64,000 nucleotides of DNA from positions 372,296 to 436,295 of the forward strand of contig NIVC01000725.1 in NCBI GenBank assembly GCA_002269645.1. Reading direction: 5' to 3'. The stretch comes from Macrostomum lignano (Eukaryota). This document shows, one piece after another, positions 11,453 through 24,200 of the stretch. The notes beneath the pieces were generated by a model that was not told where the DNA came from, did not search any database, and worked only from the letters and a program-made list of their open reading frames with translations. The number at the start of each line of letters is the position of its first letter. Position 1 is the stretch's first letter. The position numbers and the translations under genes were made by a program.

Positions 11453-13502
11453 ATGAGCAGGTGGGCGTTGATATTCTTTGCCGCACTAATCTGCGTCAGT
11501 AGCGTCTGCATCGGCAGTGCCAATGGAGGTATGTCACAGGCTTAAATATCTATGCTTTGTCAATCCACTTTACTAAAAATGAGTTGGCTCTAGTTTCTAA
11601 CTAAACATGCATCTATTGTTTCGCATGCCAATTGAACCACTGATTAGATAATGACGACAATGTTTTGTTTATTTCGTGCATCTCGTAGGTTTTTTGCGGA
11701 AGCTTTGGGGCTCTTTTTACTTAGGTGTCGAAATCTATCAAACTTGCAGGCAAACAGAGCAACTTGTTTAATCCGATTAATTTTCAATGAATTTGCAGCT
11801 GCCGCAACAACCTCTACTACGGCTGCCACCACAGCAAAAGTAAGCACAGCGAAGGGCACTGTGGCTGCCACAACTACGGCTAAAGTGGCTACCACAGCGG
11901 CTGCTACTACAACTGCTAAAGCAGCAACCACAGGTGCCGCAGCAAACGCGACTAAGACAACTCCCACTAAACCGGCAGTCACCACTGGCAAGCCCCATGC
12001 CAACAGTACGTCAACAGCAAAGATGACCACCACACCAAAGACTACGCCGACTACGACCGAGTTCAAACCGTTCCCAGAGATCCAATGCTACATGCCGTTC
12101 TGGCGGGCCGGGGTGTGGCACCACACCTGCATCAAGTACAATGACTTTGGCGACTTCTGGTGTTCGCTGACTGCCAACTTCACCAAAGATGAAAACTGGA
12201 AGAGGTGCCGATGTGAGTTGTGCCCAATAATTAAAAAAGACTCACTTCTAGGTATGAATCAGTTTCAATAGCACACCCATTAATGGTTTCCAGCGCCTGA
12301 CCTGAAGCGCTTCCAGTGCCACATCCCGTTTGAGTTCGAGGGAAAGAACCACACCAGCTGCCTGCCGATTAAAGAGGACTCCAAGCACGGCCGCGGGGCT
12401 CACCACAGCTTCTGGTGCGCCACCGTGCCTAAGATTGACAAGTTCTCGCCCCACGGCACCGACTGGGCCTACTGCGAGCACCGGAACGCCACAGGCGTGG
12501 CCTACCTTAAGAAGGTCGGCCCGCACAAGAACATCGAGGCCGCCAAGAAAAACGCTACAATCAGCGCCAAGAGCGACAAAAATGCCACGGAGTCCGCCGC
12601 TGCCGCTGCCGCAGCCGGCGCTCCTGGCAAGGCTCTGAACGGAGCCGCAGGCGGTCAGGGCGTTTCCGGAGCTTCAAGCGCCGGGTTGAGCGCCTCAGCC
12701 ACGATCGGCATTGCTGTGGGCGTCGTCTGCTCGGTGCTCGCTGTGGTGGCCGTGGTGGCCGGAGTTGCTATCCGCAAGCGGTTTGTGCCCTACACCCAGT
12801 TGTATAAGCTATCAATCATTTTAAAGTGACTTCAGGTTGTTTATATCCATCTATGAGGGTTTCCAGGAGGCGATTCAGTTAGGAATCATTTCAGAAAAGA
12901 AACGGCAGCTTAGCCAACCACCAATATCTCTTTTTTAGTGCGTCTCCTAGCCAATTGCACTTACGCTATATTTTCATAAATTCGAGGCTAATTACACATT
13001 CCATGTAATTGCACCTAATTGTACCTAATTTGCACCTAGATTTACCTAATTATAGCCTAATTAAACATAATTACACCTAATTGTACCTAATTTGCACCTA
13101 GTTATACTTAATTATAGCCTAATTAAACACTGTAGCACCTAATTACAGTCTAATTACACATAACTACACCTAATTATACCTATTTCGCACCTATTTATAC
13201 CTAATTATAGCCTAATAACACATAATTACACACACGCTCGTGTTACATCTAATTAGATCGTGGAAACTAGCTATCTGCGAATCGAATCTAGTTTTAGAAC
13301 GTAAATTCAATATATCTAAACAGTCCAACGCAATATTTAACATTTTTTTAACTTTCATTAAAATCTAAACGATGATTTGATAGCTACAAAATAGTCAAGC
13401 TGTTTCAAATCACCAACTTGCAGTCGGCGTAACGGCCAGCACAAGGCGCTGCTGCAGACTCGCGAGAAGGGGACCTACGGTGGGATGGAGGCGAGCAATT
13501 AA
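11453..13502 (+). CDS. Type I membrane protein: signal peptide, Thr/Ala mucin stalk, 2x fibronectin type II domains, TM, short tail (351 aa)
   Basis: Exons 11453-11528, 11799-12212, 12294-12780, 13424-13502 with phases 1/1/2. FN2-like CYMPF..HHTC..FWCSLTANFTKDENWKRC and CHIPFEFEGKNHTSC..FWCAT..DWAYC. TM IGIAVGVVCSVLAVVAVVAGVAI. Tail RRRNGQHKALLQTREKGTYGGMEASN. Confidence 0.88.
12990..13250. repeat. AT-rich degenerate repeat (cctaatt motifs) in intron 3 of the FN2 gene
   Basis: Recurrent tacacctaatt / gtacctaattt / tagcctaatt words. Confidence 0.7.
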
Positions 13503-14699
13503 CCGCCTGGCAACGGTCGACCTGGACACTGAAGCGTTGAGGCTGCATGAGGGTTCAAGGATTGACGAGTTGACAGCTGATGGCTACATGAGTTTGACAC
13601 GCAACTGCGCCTATTCAGTGTTCCAGCAGTCCACCATTGCTGACTTTATTTGAAACTGTATGGGCACGTAATTAGGGTTGTGATGAATGGTTCAAATTTT
13701 CAATCCAATAAATTAACTAAATTTATTTTCAGTGGTGCAATAACCCAGTCTGCATCGTATCGGCATTCATTATTCTCGCTTTTTGGTGGTTGGTGTCCCG
13801 AAAAAATGTCATGCACTGCGTGTACTACTTACTGCACGCATGCTTGAGTAGTTGTAGGAAAACATTTTTGTGCTTAAATAAAAATTATTGACTTTATCTG
13901 GCTATTCGGAAATTTAATATCTATTTTAAGACGCTTCCTTTAAAATTAAAGTTGAAGCCAAAATGAAAATGAATAAATTGGATGTCAATAAACTGGTTAT
14001 TTTGTCAAGTTTGTTTGGGTTGTTCGCTTAACGGTGTATTTAGATCTTGTTTTTGTACTGTCCTTTTCCAGGAAAATTTATTGGCCAAATTTTGCTCACA
14101 AATTTTATGGTGGTTCATGGCAAGCTGGCCAGAGCATTGTTGTCTGCAGTGGAACCTCCACTATGATAGTGCCTAGCGTACATATTCATCGCATTTAATG
14201 AGCTGCAAGTCAGCCTGCGTCGAAGCAGAGGGTCTGACACGCTGCCAACCTCAAACGCCTGCATGATTTCCATCAGTTTTCAGGACCCACAGCTGTATCT
14301 CAGAATCGTCACTTTTGACAGTGATCCGAACGAGCTTTACTACAACTACACTTTGAATGGCACAGGCAGCATCAGAGCGCGAGATCACTACAAGCAGGAC
14401 GAGATTTTTAACACCGTGATTGTAAAGATTCTTGCACTAGCTTCGCGCACTCGTTAGCGTTCATGAATACCATTCTTAATTGATTCTATCTTAATGATAG
14501 ACCATTAATTTCAACCAAAGACAAAATCAATCCTGCACTTTATTTTTGTTGTCTTTTTATGGCCCGGCTGATTCTCCGCGCAGGAATCGCATTCTTGCAC
14601 GGGATGTCTGTGGTAAAATCTCACTGAAAAAGCATTAGACGAAGTGGTCCTGCACGGTTTTGTGCATTGCTGCATGATGACTCATCCAACAATGATGTA

Positions 14700-15030
14700 G
14701 TAGAGAATGGCTATGAGTGCACCAATGTTTTTGACCGAGGGCGCGCAGCTATGAGTGCACCAATGTATTTGACCGAGGGCGCGCAGCTATGAGTGCACCA
14801 ATGTATTTGACCGAGGGCGCGCAGCTATGAGTGCACCAATGTATTTGACCGAGGGCGCGCAGCTATGAGTGCACCAATGTATTTGACCGAGGGCGCGCAG
14901 CTATGAGTGCACCAATGTATTTGACCGAGGGCGCGCAGCTATGAGTGCACCAATGTATTTGACCGAGGGCGCGCAGCGCAGCGCCCTCGGTCAAATACAT
15001 TTGGTGCACGATATAGCCATTCTCCACTGG
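14700..15030. repeat. 38-bp tandem repeat (7 copies) followed by one inverted copy
   Basis: Unit ctatgagtgcaccaatgtatttgaccgagggcgcgcag. cgccctcggtcaaatacatttggtgcacgatatagccattctcc at about 14981-15025 is the reverse complement of the unit plus its left flank. Confidence 0.92.
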
Positions 15031-15354
15031 CATTGTATTTTTTTATTTTTTTGGGCGCCTATTACCCACAGACATTTGGAGCGTGCAACAATAAAGTAGT
15101 CTGAGCGTGCAACAATACTTCAATGTTGCACGCTCCAAATATGTCTATGGCCCAAAGATCTGGGCAGTTTAGAGCAGTGAAGAGACGGGCCAAGCCAAGC
15201 CAAGCGAGGTCAGCGAGTTTGCGGCCAAAAAGCTGTCATCATGATTTACGAAGCATCAACGGGCGAGCCTATTGGATTGCTGCATTTGTCGCAAGGAGAT
15301 GTCGTTGGTTTGTCGTCTTCTGAGATTGGCGAGCGAATCCGGCGGGAGGCGACT

Positions 15355-15800
15355 ATGCAAGGCATGCTGGACGATCTGGCTCAGTTGGATGTGAATTAAA
15401 TCGAGGCGCTGTTAGCTGGTCAAGATCCGGAACGAGACTTGCTCAGGGAGATGGATGTAATGCAACTCGACACTACGCCAAAGTCAGCTCTGTTGCAAGA
15501 AAAGTGGGCACGTCGTAAGTTCAACGAGGTGCTTTCAAGCAAGAACTACGCCTGCGATCTGAATACAGCCGATATCGAACAGTTAGTCACTGGCTTGCGA
15601 ATCTTCTATGCTTTTGTTCGTAAAATTGACGGTGGCTTCTATGCCCTGCTTCGTTGATTACCGCTAGAGCTGGTGTTTTCCGCTATTAGCTGCGTGTCCG
15701 TGACGTTAATATTATCGAGGATCCACGCTTTGCAAAGGCCAACATGCAATTGAAGGCTACAGCCGCCATGTTCATCAGATCAGGCGGCACCGTCAGACAT
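15355..15800 (+). pseudogene. N-terminal half of a Crypton/DUF3504-type tyrosine recombinase, with stops and a frameshift
   Basis: TTPKSALLQEKWARRKFNEVL..LRIFYAFVRKIDGGFYA, then after a frameshift PASLITARAGVFRY*LRVRDVNIIEDPRFAKANMQLKA..GGTVRH. This matches the remembered Crypton/KCTD1/ZMYM pattern KWAVKLFNEW..FYAEVRKKDGSEYSPSSL..NIIKDPEFKKAN. Confidence 0.75.
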
Positions 15801-16769
15801 ATTCAGACATTGTTCATATTAGGTTTTTAAAATATTACAAACTTGTTTTTTCATACTAAGTTTTTATAATGTTACAACTGCTAAATATAGCATTAAGTAG
15901 TTAGCTCAGACGTTGGCTTCGGCCATATACATTCAAAGCGTGCAACAATCTAGCTTGATTGCTATACCCCTAAAAACCCCTCCAAAATGATACAATGGGA
16001 TTCCTTCACGTTCACTTGTAGGTTAAGAACATCGTGCACTCGTGCACTAGCGCGCACTCGTGCAGATGTCATTCCCGCACTCGTAACCGCGCAGGAATCA
16101 TTCAATTTCTGAAAATAATTTCAATCCTGCACCTATGATGCATTAGACCTAGGAGATTTTTCCATAGACAAAATCAATTCTGCACGCTTGAGCGTGGAAG
16201 ATTAGCAATTCTGCACGCAGAATCAAATAAGAATGCTGTATACATCAGCCATAAACTACTCTACGAGTTGCAAGTGATATGCATTCCATGCAGAAGCAGC
16301 TTTCGATTCTAAAGTACCAACTGAATCAGCCGAAGAAATTCACTGTCGAAAGTTTTCATTGCAAACAAGAATTTTTCATGAGCATTATGCAAATGTGACA
16401 CTGATTAGTTAATAATTAGTCAAGAGCGGAAGTAAGCAAGCCATGTCCCAAGCATTTCAACCGAACTCCACTGCTGTGTGCAGCGGCTGCAGCCACATTC
16501 GAGCCCATCGGCAGGGGTTCCGAGCACCATACTGAGTGCGCCAAGGCACTTGCTTCGAAACTAGAGAAATTCGGATCAGGGTGCTCATAGTGTAATGTAA
16601 AATTCAGCGAAGCTTAGGCGCATTGAGCTGGGTTGTTATGTTCTGCTGTAATGAATCGAATGCATTGGAAAGTTTGCAACTAAATTTTTAGGTACGACCC
16701 GAGAGGGTTTACAGAAATTCTAAACCAATCAATAGCCGGTGCAAATTATTTGCATTACTCGTATTTGCC

Positions 16770-17246
16770 TCAGCCACTCAGTCTGATGTTGCTCCACGGC
16801 GCCCCTGTGAAACCAGAGTCGTCAGCCCGATTCGCCGGTGCTCCGCTCCAGTCCCGCCTGTCCCGCTGCAGCGTTGTCCGACCATCAGATGCTCGTAGGT
16901 CTCTCGTTGAGCTCATGGGGCTGGGCTCGCCGGTGGTGTCTCTGGCAGCACAATGCCCAGCTCTTCGCTCGTCTCCTTTCCAAATCGTGTCCGTCACGAT
17001 GATGAAGTTGATGCTGGCGCTGATGTTGTAGACGGCGGTCTGAAGCTTGGCCATCCCGAGCGTAGCCAGCGGCTTCCTGGAGCCTAACGTGTGCACTCGA
17101 CGCTTTCATGCCTGGAGATCCCCTGCCCTGCCTCCGATTGACCAGAATGTCTTCAGGCTCATCAGGTTGCAGCCGGCGCCGCTGTCGATCAGAAGGTCGG
17201 CTTTGTGGCTCCTGATGGCCGCCTTGACGTGCGGCAGGCGATTCTT
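16770..17246 (-). pseudogene. Ty3/Gypsy-type retropepsin (aspartic protease) remnant
   Basis: KNRLPHVKAAIRSHKADLLIDSGAGCNLMSLKTF..DLQA*KRRVHTLGSRKPLATLGMAKLQTAVYNISASINFIIV. DSGA catalytic motif present, with an in-frame TGA at 17108-17106. Confidence 0.7.
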
Positions 17247-18217
17247 TCTGCGGCAGAATTATAAGATCAAAATAAATACAGGTTTATATACGACAATCGT
17301 ATTTCCTAAAATAGTCACTAATTAAGACGAAAATAGATATTCAATTGACGACTTAGGGTCTTAATAAGTCTTACAAAGTTAAAAATCAATAATACGGATT
17401 AATAAGCTGCAGCTACACGTACGATGCTGTAATAGAAAAATCAACTCTGTAACGTATTTATTTTTAACAAATATATATTGCCAGTAAAATTAGACTAAGG
17501 GATTTAAATTGTATGACCTGAAATTAAGTCGAGAAGACGCTTTTGCTTTTCTTTTACGATATTATAAGCGAACGTACATATATGAATATATACCTGTAGG
17601 TGACACTGATTAAGGAGTCCTATATATACGGCTGGGAGCAGTGCCCGTGTTAAATAAGACCAGTAGAGGCTAGCAGCAACTGTTGCATCTGTGGGAAAAC
17701 CTGCAACGTCTGCAAGAAGCCAGGCTCTGCATGCTGATCTGCTGTTCGGTTTCGGGACTGCATTCACTGTATACACGGAGCAGAAGAGACGTGGGCCACC
17801 AGCTGCTGCAAGATCAACGGAGCGCGAAGTCAGGGTCGGGAGTCACCGATCGCGTGTCTATCAGCTTTATCTTCTATTTTATCCTTTCTGTTGAGTTTTT
17901 TACGCTTGAATGTAAATCAAAATGATGTTTTTTTTCTACGCTGTTTTTTGTGCCCGATCAAAGATCAACATGTTCTGGAAAATAGTTTGTCACACAGACA
18001 GAGAAATAAAGAACTCATAAAACTGGCTCAAAGCAGTGCTATTCTTGAATTTATGCTTCATTGTGTCAGTTTGCTTCACCACGCTGCTGCTTATCTTTCT
18101 TGATCAATCAGACAGTCTGTCACCATCAATGCAGAGTATTGCAAGGTCTCAACACAAGCTACGAGCTTCAAATTTATAAAGTACTCAAAGAGCTACAAAG
18201 TTATTCAAAGTTGGTAG

Positions 18218-21200
18218 TCAAGCAGTTTTCCTGCCAAGACGCCACCGGACCCGGATGCGGCCAACATTGCGCCGCATCAGACGAACGTCCCTGGTGATGG
18301 TGGTCAGGTCCAGCACAATGATGGTTGTGAAGAACACGATCAAGATGACGATGACCACCACTCCTAGCGACTGGGCGCCGCTGGCCTCCTTGGCTGGCGG
18401 GGTGTACTTTTTACCACCGGTCATCACAATTGATTCCGTGCGTTCTGGAAGTACATGTAAATTGATTTATGAGACCGTGACGGGAAATTATAGTTGAGTA
18501 GAGACTAACAGTTGCACTTTGAACTACGAATTTTTCTAGTTAGCTTCTAAGATAATTGGTAGCGCTAATTAAGACCTGCTATTGCACTCGAAGTCGACTA
18601 ATTTAATCGGACCTCGGAAAATTCGAACTAGAGTGGCTTGGGGCGCCAGCACCTGAAGCACCCTGGATATACGATCGTGTATGGTATGACTGAACTCTTG
18701 AAACAGTTGAATCACGTAATTATCCGAGTATATTTCTTAATTTAGCCCCCATCGGGATTATTGCATACATGTACAGATCCGAGTGTATAAATATACTACT
18801 GATTAATGTGTAGCCAGCAGTAGTACTTACTGTCCTTATTTCGTACAGCAATCTGACGTCGCAGACAAATATGTACTTTAATGTAACATTACATCTACAG
18901 ATAACGACGTCATACGTCGGCTGAACGTCGGTGCAATGTAAAAGTACATATCTTTCATCGGTGTAACCGACGTCGGATTGCTGTACTCGTACGGGCATAT
19001 CGCAAAACAATAAAACAAGCATTCATGCATCTTTCAGTTATGGTGAGTATCAGAACGGTGAAGTTTGTTTTTCATCCATTTGTAAGAATGGATAAACTGG
19101 TTTTGAAACCACATCGAGGTCGAATACGTGTATGTGCTTCAAGTGATCTTCGGATGTACAGACGGTGATAGACACCGAAAACAGAAGCAAACAACTCACT
19201 GATGCAGGCGGAAATTTTGCTGCTCCAAGTGCCGCTTGATGCGCACGAAACAGCATAGGTGGTGACGATTTCGAACCGGCCAGTGTCCGTATTGAGAACG
19301 TTCATTTCGTAGTTGTACTGGCAGTACACTCGAACTCTGGTGTTGTAGGACATGTCAAACTCCTGTGAGAACTGGCGAATGCTCAAGTTTCGCTGAGCAC
19401 CCGTGACCGGATCCGTCACTGTCATCGTGTCGTTGAGATTGGAATCGGCCAGAGCTCTGGGGAGGTCGCTCTGCTGAGCCGGAATCACAATCTCGTTAGT
19501 GAGGCACGTGATCGCTGTTGGATGAGTTTGGAGATGGGAGAGTGACAGTCAGTTTGACAAGCATTCAATTTTTAACTCATGCCTAACACAGAAAATACCC
19601 CAGAAAAACGAATTTCATTGTTAATTTTGGCCAAATTTATAGTCAGGCTTGTACAATTAGTTTAAAAAAATTGCATCAGATCGGAACCTCGTGTGTAAAT
19701 GATGAGCACAAAGTTTGATAAACTGAATCTTACAAGTAAATCAGGTCCAAAATGCTTTACATGTAAGTATCGACAGTTGGTACTATATAGAAATTAGCAC
19801 GTCTAAAGTTTACTAATTCAGCTCAGATTTTAGACAAAAAACCCAACTCAATCCCCAGATTTAGAGAAACTCAAAGACTACTCAAGTAGAAGCACGGTAA
19901 TAAATAATAATAATTTTATAATTGATTACACCTGCCCTAATGAGCAGATGTGCAACCGACAGCTCAGCCGCAGCTATTGCGCGGCGCATCTGAAGGCTGC
20001 GTACGGCTGTTCAGTCCAAGGATTGGGGGCCGTCACCCACCCTCAATTACCCCAGCTGATGCTGGCACCCATTTTACAGCTGGGTGAACTAAAGCAATGC
20101 AGAGTTGTTTCTTGCTCAGGGACACAAATAATTGTTCCAGTGGGATTGAGAATCGAACTCCGACCTTCAAATAGTGTGTCTGGCACTCTAACCACTAATC
20201 TACAACCCCCTTTAAAATGTGTAACAAAAAATAAAACGGATGCATACAACCAATATGTCGAGCTGTGCCGTTTTTGAGCTGAAAGAAATGAAAAACCTTC
20301 ATTCTCCATAATGCATTTTTGTCGGTAAAATCTGCGTTCTAATAAAATTTCCAACTACCGTAGTTTACCGTCCTCCTACTTGAGTATATAAATCCTTCAG
20401 GCTTTCTAGGGCAGAAAGGAGGAGAATCCGAGGGCCGCGAAGCGGCACGAGGATTTCCGACTTTTTGCCCTAGATAACCTGCTGGATTTGTATTCCTTCT
20501 TGATTTTGCGGGCGGGCCGAGAAACCACATTCTTCGGCCCGCGAGTCAAACTGCATTTGCTTCAGTCTAAGTTCAGTGCAAGTCCTGATTCCCGGCCCGC
20601 AAGAAAATGGAATTTGTCTATGGCACAAAATGCAAACTGTATTTCATTTTAGCTCTGAGCCTAAAAGAGCGACTGACAAAGTAATACGCTCGTAATTAGT
20701 CTAACTTTTTATTAAAACTGAATTCCATTAACTCCTGACCCGAGCGTTCTGAGAACATGATAGACTACTCCTGTATAGAAGGAGGCGAGATTTCTGGGTT
20801 GCAGCGCGAAGAAATCGACTTTGTATGCCAACTCCGTGGCCGTGGGCGAATGTTCAATCAGTACACTGGCTTGCCTGTGCCTGGAATTGGAGTCAGCAAG
20901 GCGCTCGACAACGGCCTGTTGGATGATCTTATAAGTGATTTTCCTATAAGTGAGTTCCTCTGAACGCCATGTACTGTAAAGACGGCGTGGGTTGCACCAC
21001 AAGACTATATTAAATCGTTACTGTTGTCCTCTTTGTAATGTTGCACTTTTAACGTTTTAAATACAATCGTTTCGGCTTCGTCTATGGCCAAGCCCGATAT
21101 CGGGCAGAGAATGGGCCATTTCTTAAGCAGTCTTGCCCGCAAAATCAAGCAGGAGTAGTCTTTGGCGAAACTATACACGTCGCTAAAATAGCAGCGGTTA

Positions 21201-24200
21201 TCAATCTCCTCACGTTTGCACCCCATGACATCGCTGCTCAGAATTGTCCCGTCGACCGGCGTCCAGACGCCGACATTCCTGGACCCGTTGCCGGGCAGAG
21301 CGCACTGCAGCGACTTGTCGTACTTCCGGTCCATGAAGAAGTAGCCAGAGAGGCGGCAGCGGATCGACACCACGTTGGGATAGAAGGGAAACCGGTTGCT
21401 CTCCACGGCTGAGTAGGATCGGTCCTTGCTGCGGTCGTAGGCCTTGTAGGCCAGCATCAGGTCCGGGTCGAAAAAGGGCATCGGCGACTTGCAATGCAAA
21501 GCTGCCCGGGTGCGGAAATTTGATGTATATAGTTGACTTTGAACTCAGAATTGGTAAGTTTTTTATTTGGCACGATGAATATAATGTGAAACATCTCGAT
21601 TACAGATTACAGATTACAGCATCTCATTCTCTGATTCCAAATCCAAAATCTTACCCCCGATATAAAGTTTAATCCCAGATCCCTTAATTTTACCCACAGG
21701 TCCCTCAATCTAACCTTCAGATCAGATCCCTCAATCTCACCTTCAGATCCCTCAATCTCACCCTCAGATCCCTCAATCTCACCCTCAGATCCCTCAATAT
21801 CACCCTCAGATCCCTCAATCTCACCTTCAGATTAGATCTCTCAATCTCACCCTCAGATCCCTCAATCTCACCCTCAGATCAGATCCCTCAATCTCACCTT
21901 CAGATCCCTCAATCTCACCCTCAGATCCCTCAATCTCACCCTCAGATCCCTCAATATCACCCTCAGATCCCTCAATCTCACCTTCAGATTAGATCTCTCA
22001 ATCTCACCTTCAGATCCCTCAATCTCACCCTCGGATCCCTCAATCTCACCCTCAGTTCCCTCAATCTCACCTTCAGATCTCATTGAAGGTTAGAATCTCA
22101 CCTTCTATCTCACCTTCAGATCCCTCAATCTCACCCTCAGATCCCTCAATTTCAACTTCAGATCAGATCCCTCAATCTCACCCTCAGATCCCTCAATTTC
22201 AACTTCAGATCAGATCCCTCAATCTCACCCTCAGATCCCTCAATTTCAACTTCAGATTAGATCTCTCAATCTCACCCTCAGATCCCTCAATCTCACCTTC
22301 AGATCTCACTGAAGGTTAGAATCTCACCTTCTATCTCACCTTCAGCTCCCTCATTATCACTCTCAGATCCCTCAATCTCACCCTCAAATCCTTCAATCTC
22401 ACCTTCAGATCAGATCAGATCCCTCAATCTCACCCTCAGATCCCTTAATCTCACCTTCAGATCAGATCTCTCAATCTCACCCTCATATCCCCTGATTCCA
22501 CCCACAAACCTGAATCCCACCTCACATCCTCCAGTTTTCATTCCCTATGATCCCTATCGATAATGACTGGCTATAGCTATACATTAAGTTGAAGAGTTTC
22601 TCACCAGAGCACACAGACAGACTGGGCGGCATCCACATTCCCAGGCTGGGATTGAGGTCGCTCTGTCCGCATTCCACTGTAGTGTTGGTGCTCGTATCGT
22701 CATAGTAGCTTACGTAGCCCAGTTGGCACTGGACGGGCACTTTTTCACCGAATGAGTACATTTTGGCAGCGACTACGCTGGATTTGTAAGTGTCCTCTGC
22801 ATCCGGTATCTGGGTGACGTTCAGCAGCTGCCAGCCTTTGCAATGAATGGCTGAAATTCAAGGGAAAAGGTCCGCGATTAAAGGTGCTTAGTGTGAAATA
22901 AAAATTTGTCTCAACATGTATCCTCAGCTTAGGTTTCTCAATCGCCTTGTCTAATCGTCCAGTACCAGCTCAAAGAGCTCGAAGAATGACAGGAGATCAA
23001 CTTTTGTCACCGCCTCGACGTGGCATCGACCGTCACAAACCCATCAAGATACAGTGGCGCCCACCGAGAAACAGTGGCACCTACCAAGAGACAGAGGCAC
23101 CTACCAAGAGACAGGGGCACCTACCAAGAGACAGGGGTACCTACCAAGAGACAGGGTATACCTACTAAGAGACAGGGGCTTCTACTAAGAGACAAGGGCG
23201 GTCACTAAGAGACAGGGGCGGTCACTAAGAGACAGGGGCGGTCACTAAGAGACAGGGGCGGTCACTAAGAGACAGGGGCGGTCACTAAGAGACAGGGGCG
23301 GTCACTAAGAGACAGGGGCGGTCACTAAGAGACAGGGGCGGTCACTAAGAGACAGGGGTTTCTACTAAGAGACAGGGGCGGTCACTAAGAGACAGGGGCG
23401 GTCACTAAGAGACAGGGGCGGTCACTAAGAGACAGGGGCGGTTCCCAAGAGACAGAGGCACCTACCAACAGACAGAGGCACCTACCAAGAGACAGAGGCA
23501 CCTACCAAGAGACAGAGGCACCTACCAACAGACAGAGGCACCTACCAAGAGACAGAGGCACCTACCAAGAGACAGGGGTACCTACTAAGAGACAGGGGCG
23601 CCCACCACGACACAAAATATTGGCGCCTCCCCAATAAAGGCGGGGGGTGTGCGGCCTCCTTCCTGTCTACGCCACTGACTCGACTCCTCTAAGTAGTCTT
23701 TTAAATGAGCTTGATTGCAAAATGGTTGTCTAGTTCCTCCTTTGAATAGTTCTGTGTGAGTATTTGAGTCAGCTTAAAGTTCGCCAGGTGGGCCTGCTAA
23801 AAAGCTAGTCTGTGGTCATGACTGCGCAACCGACTGACCTCCTGGTCCACCTTACAGCCATAGGTCTACAAATATATTTTCGCAGCTCACGTTCGCAGCT
23901 CTCCAACTCCAGAGGGGCGCCAATCTGCACAAAGCTTGACGTGCCGCCGTAAGGATTTTTAGGATCCGGCGTGAACTGGCAGAAGTAGCGATGCCTTTCA
24001 GCAATTTCGCTGGACTTGGCCGACCCGGTTGAAGAGGACGCTACAAACGACCTGTCAGTGAGTTGCACCTCCGACTGCCGATAGTAACCCGGGGCGCAGT
24101 TGAACCGCACCGTCTGATTGATGTACGGACGGGCGCTCAGCGACATGCTTGAGTTTGAGTAGCCCGGCACAGAGCTCGGATCGCAGCGTGGGACTGTTTG

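Larger units (their letters stand above)
14468..16240 (+). mobile_element. Decayed Crypton-like (tyrosine recombinase) DNA transposon
   Basis: Contains the recombinase-like pseudo-ORF 15355-15800. The ends share an inverted motif cattcttaWttgattct (14471-14487 / 16219-16235) and direct motifs agacaaaatcaatYctgcac (14519 / 16166) and ccgcgcaggaatc (14576 / 16087). Boundaries are approximate. Confidence 0.6.

Noticed and set aside
14263-14457. Exon-like ORF DPQLYLRIVTFDSDPNELYYNY...
   Set aside because: It has a plausible acceptor but no partner exon or recognisable motif, and it is truncated at the Crypton boundary. Unsupported.
17504-17925. Overlapping short ORFs and a possible gag zinc-knuckle (CRRCRFSH..CNSC)
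   Set aside because: The motif is incomplete and in a short frame. It cannot be tied to the protease fragment.
20330-21002. Possible hAT/Charlie remnant (cggcccgc motifs) and ORFs 20712-21002 / 20757-20963
   Set aside because: No TIR pair, TSD or transposase motif could be identified.
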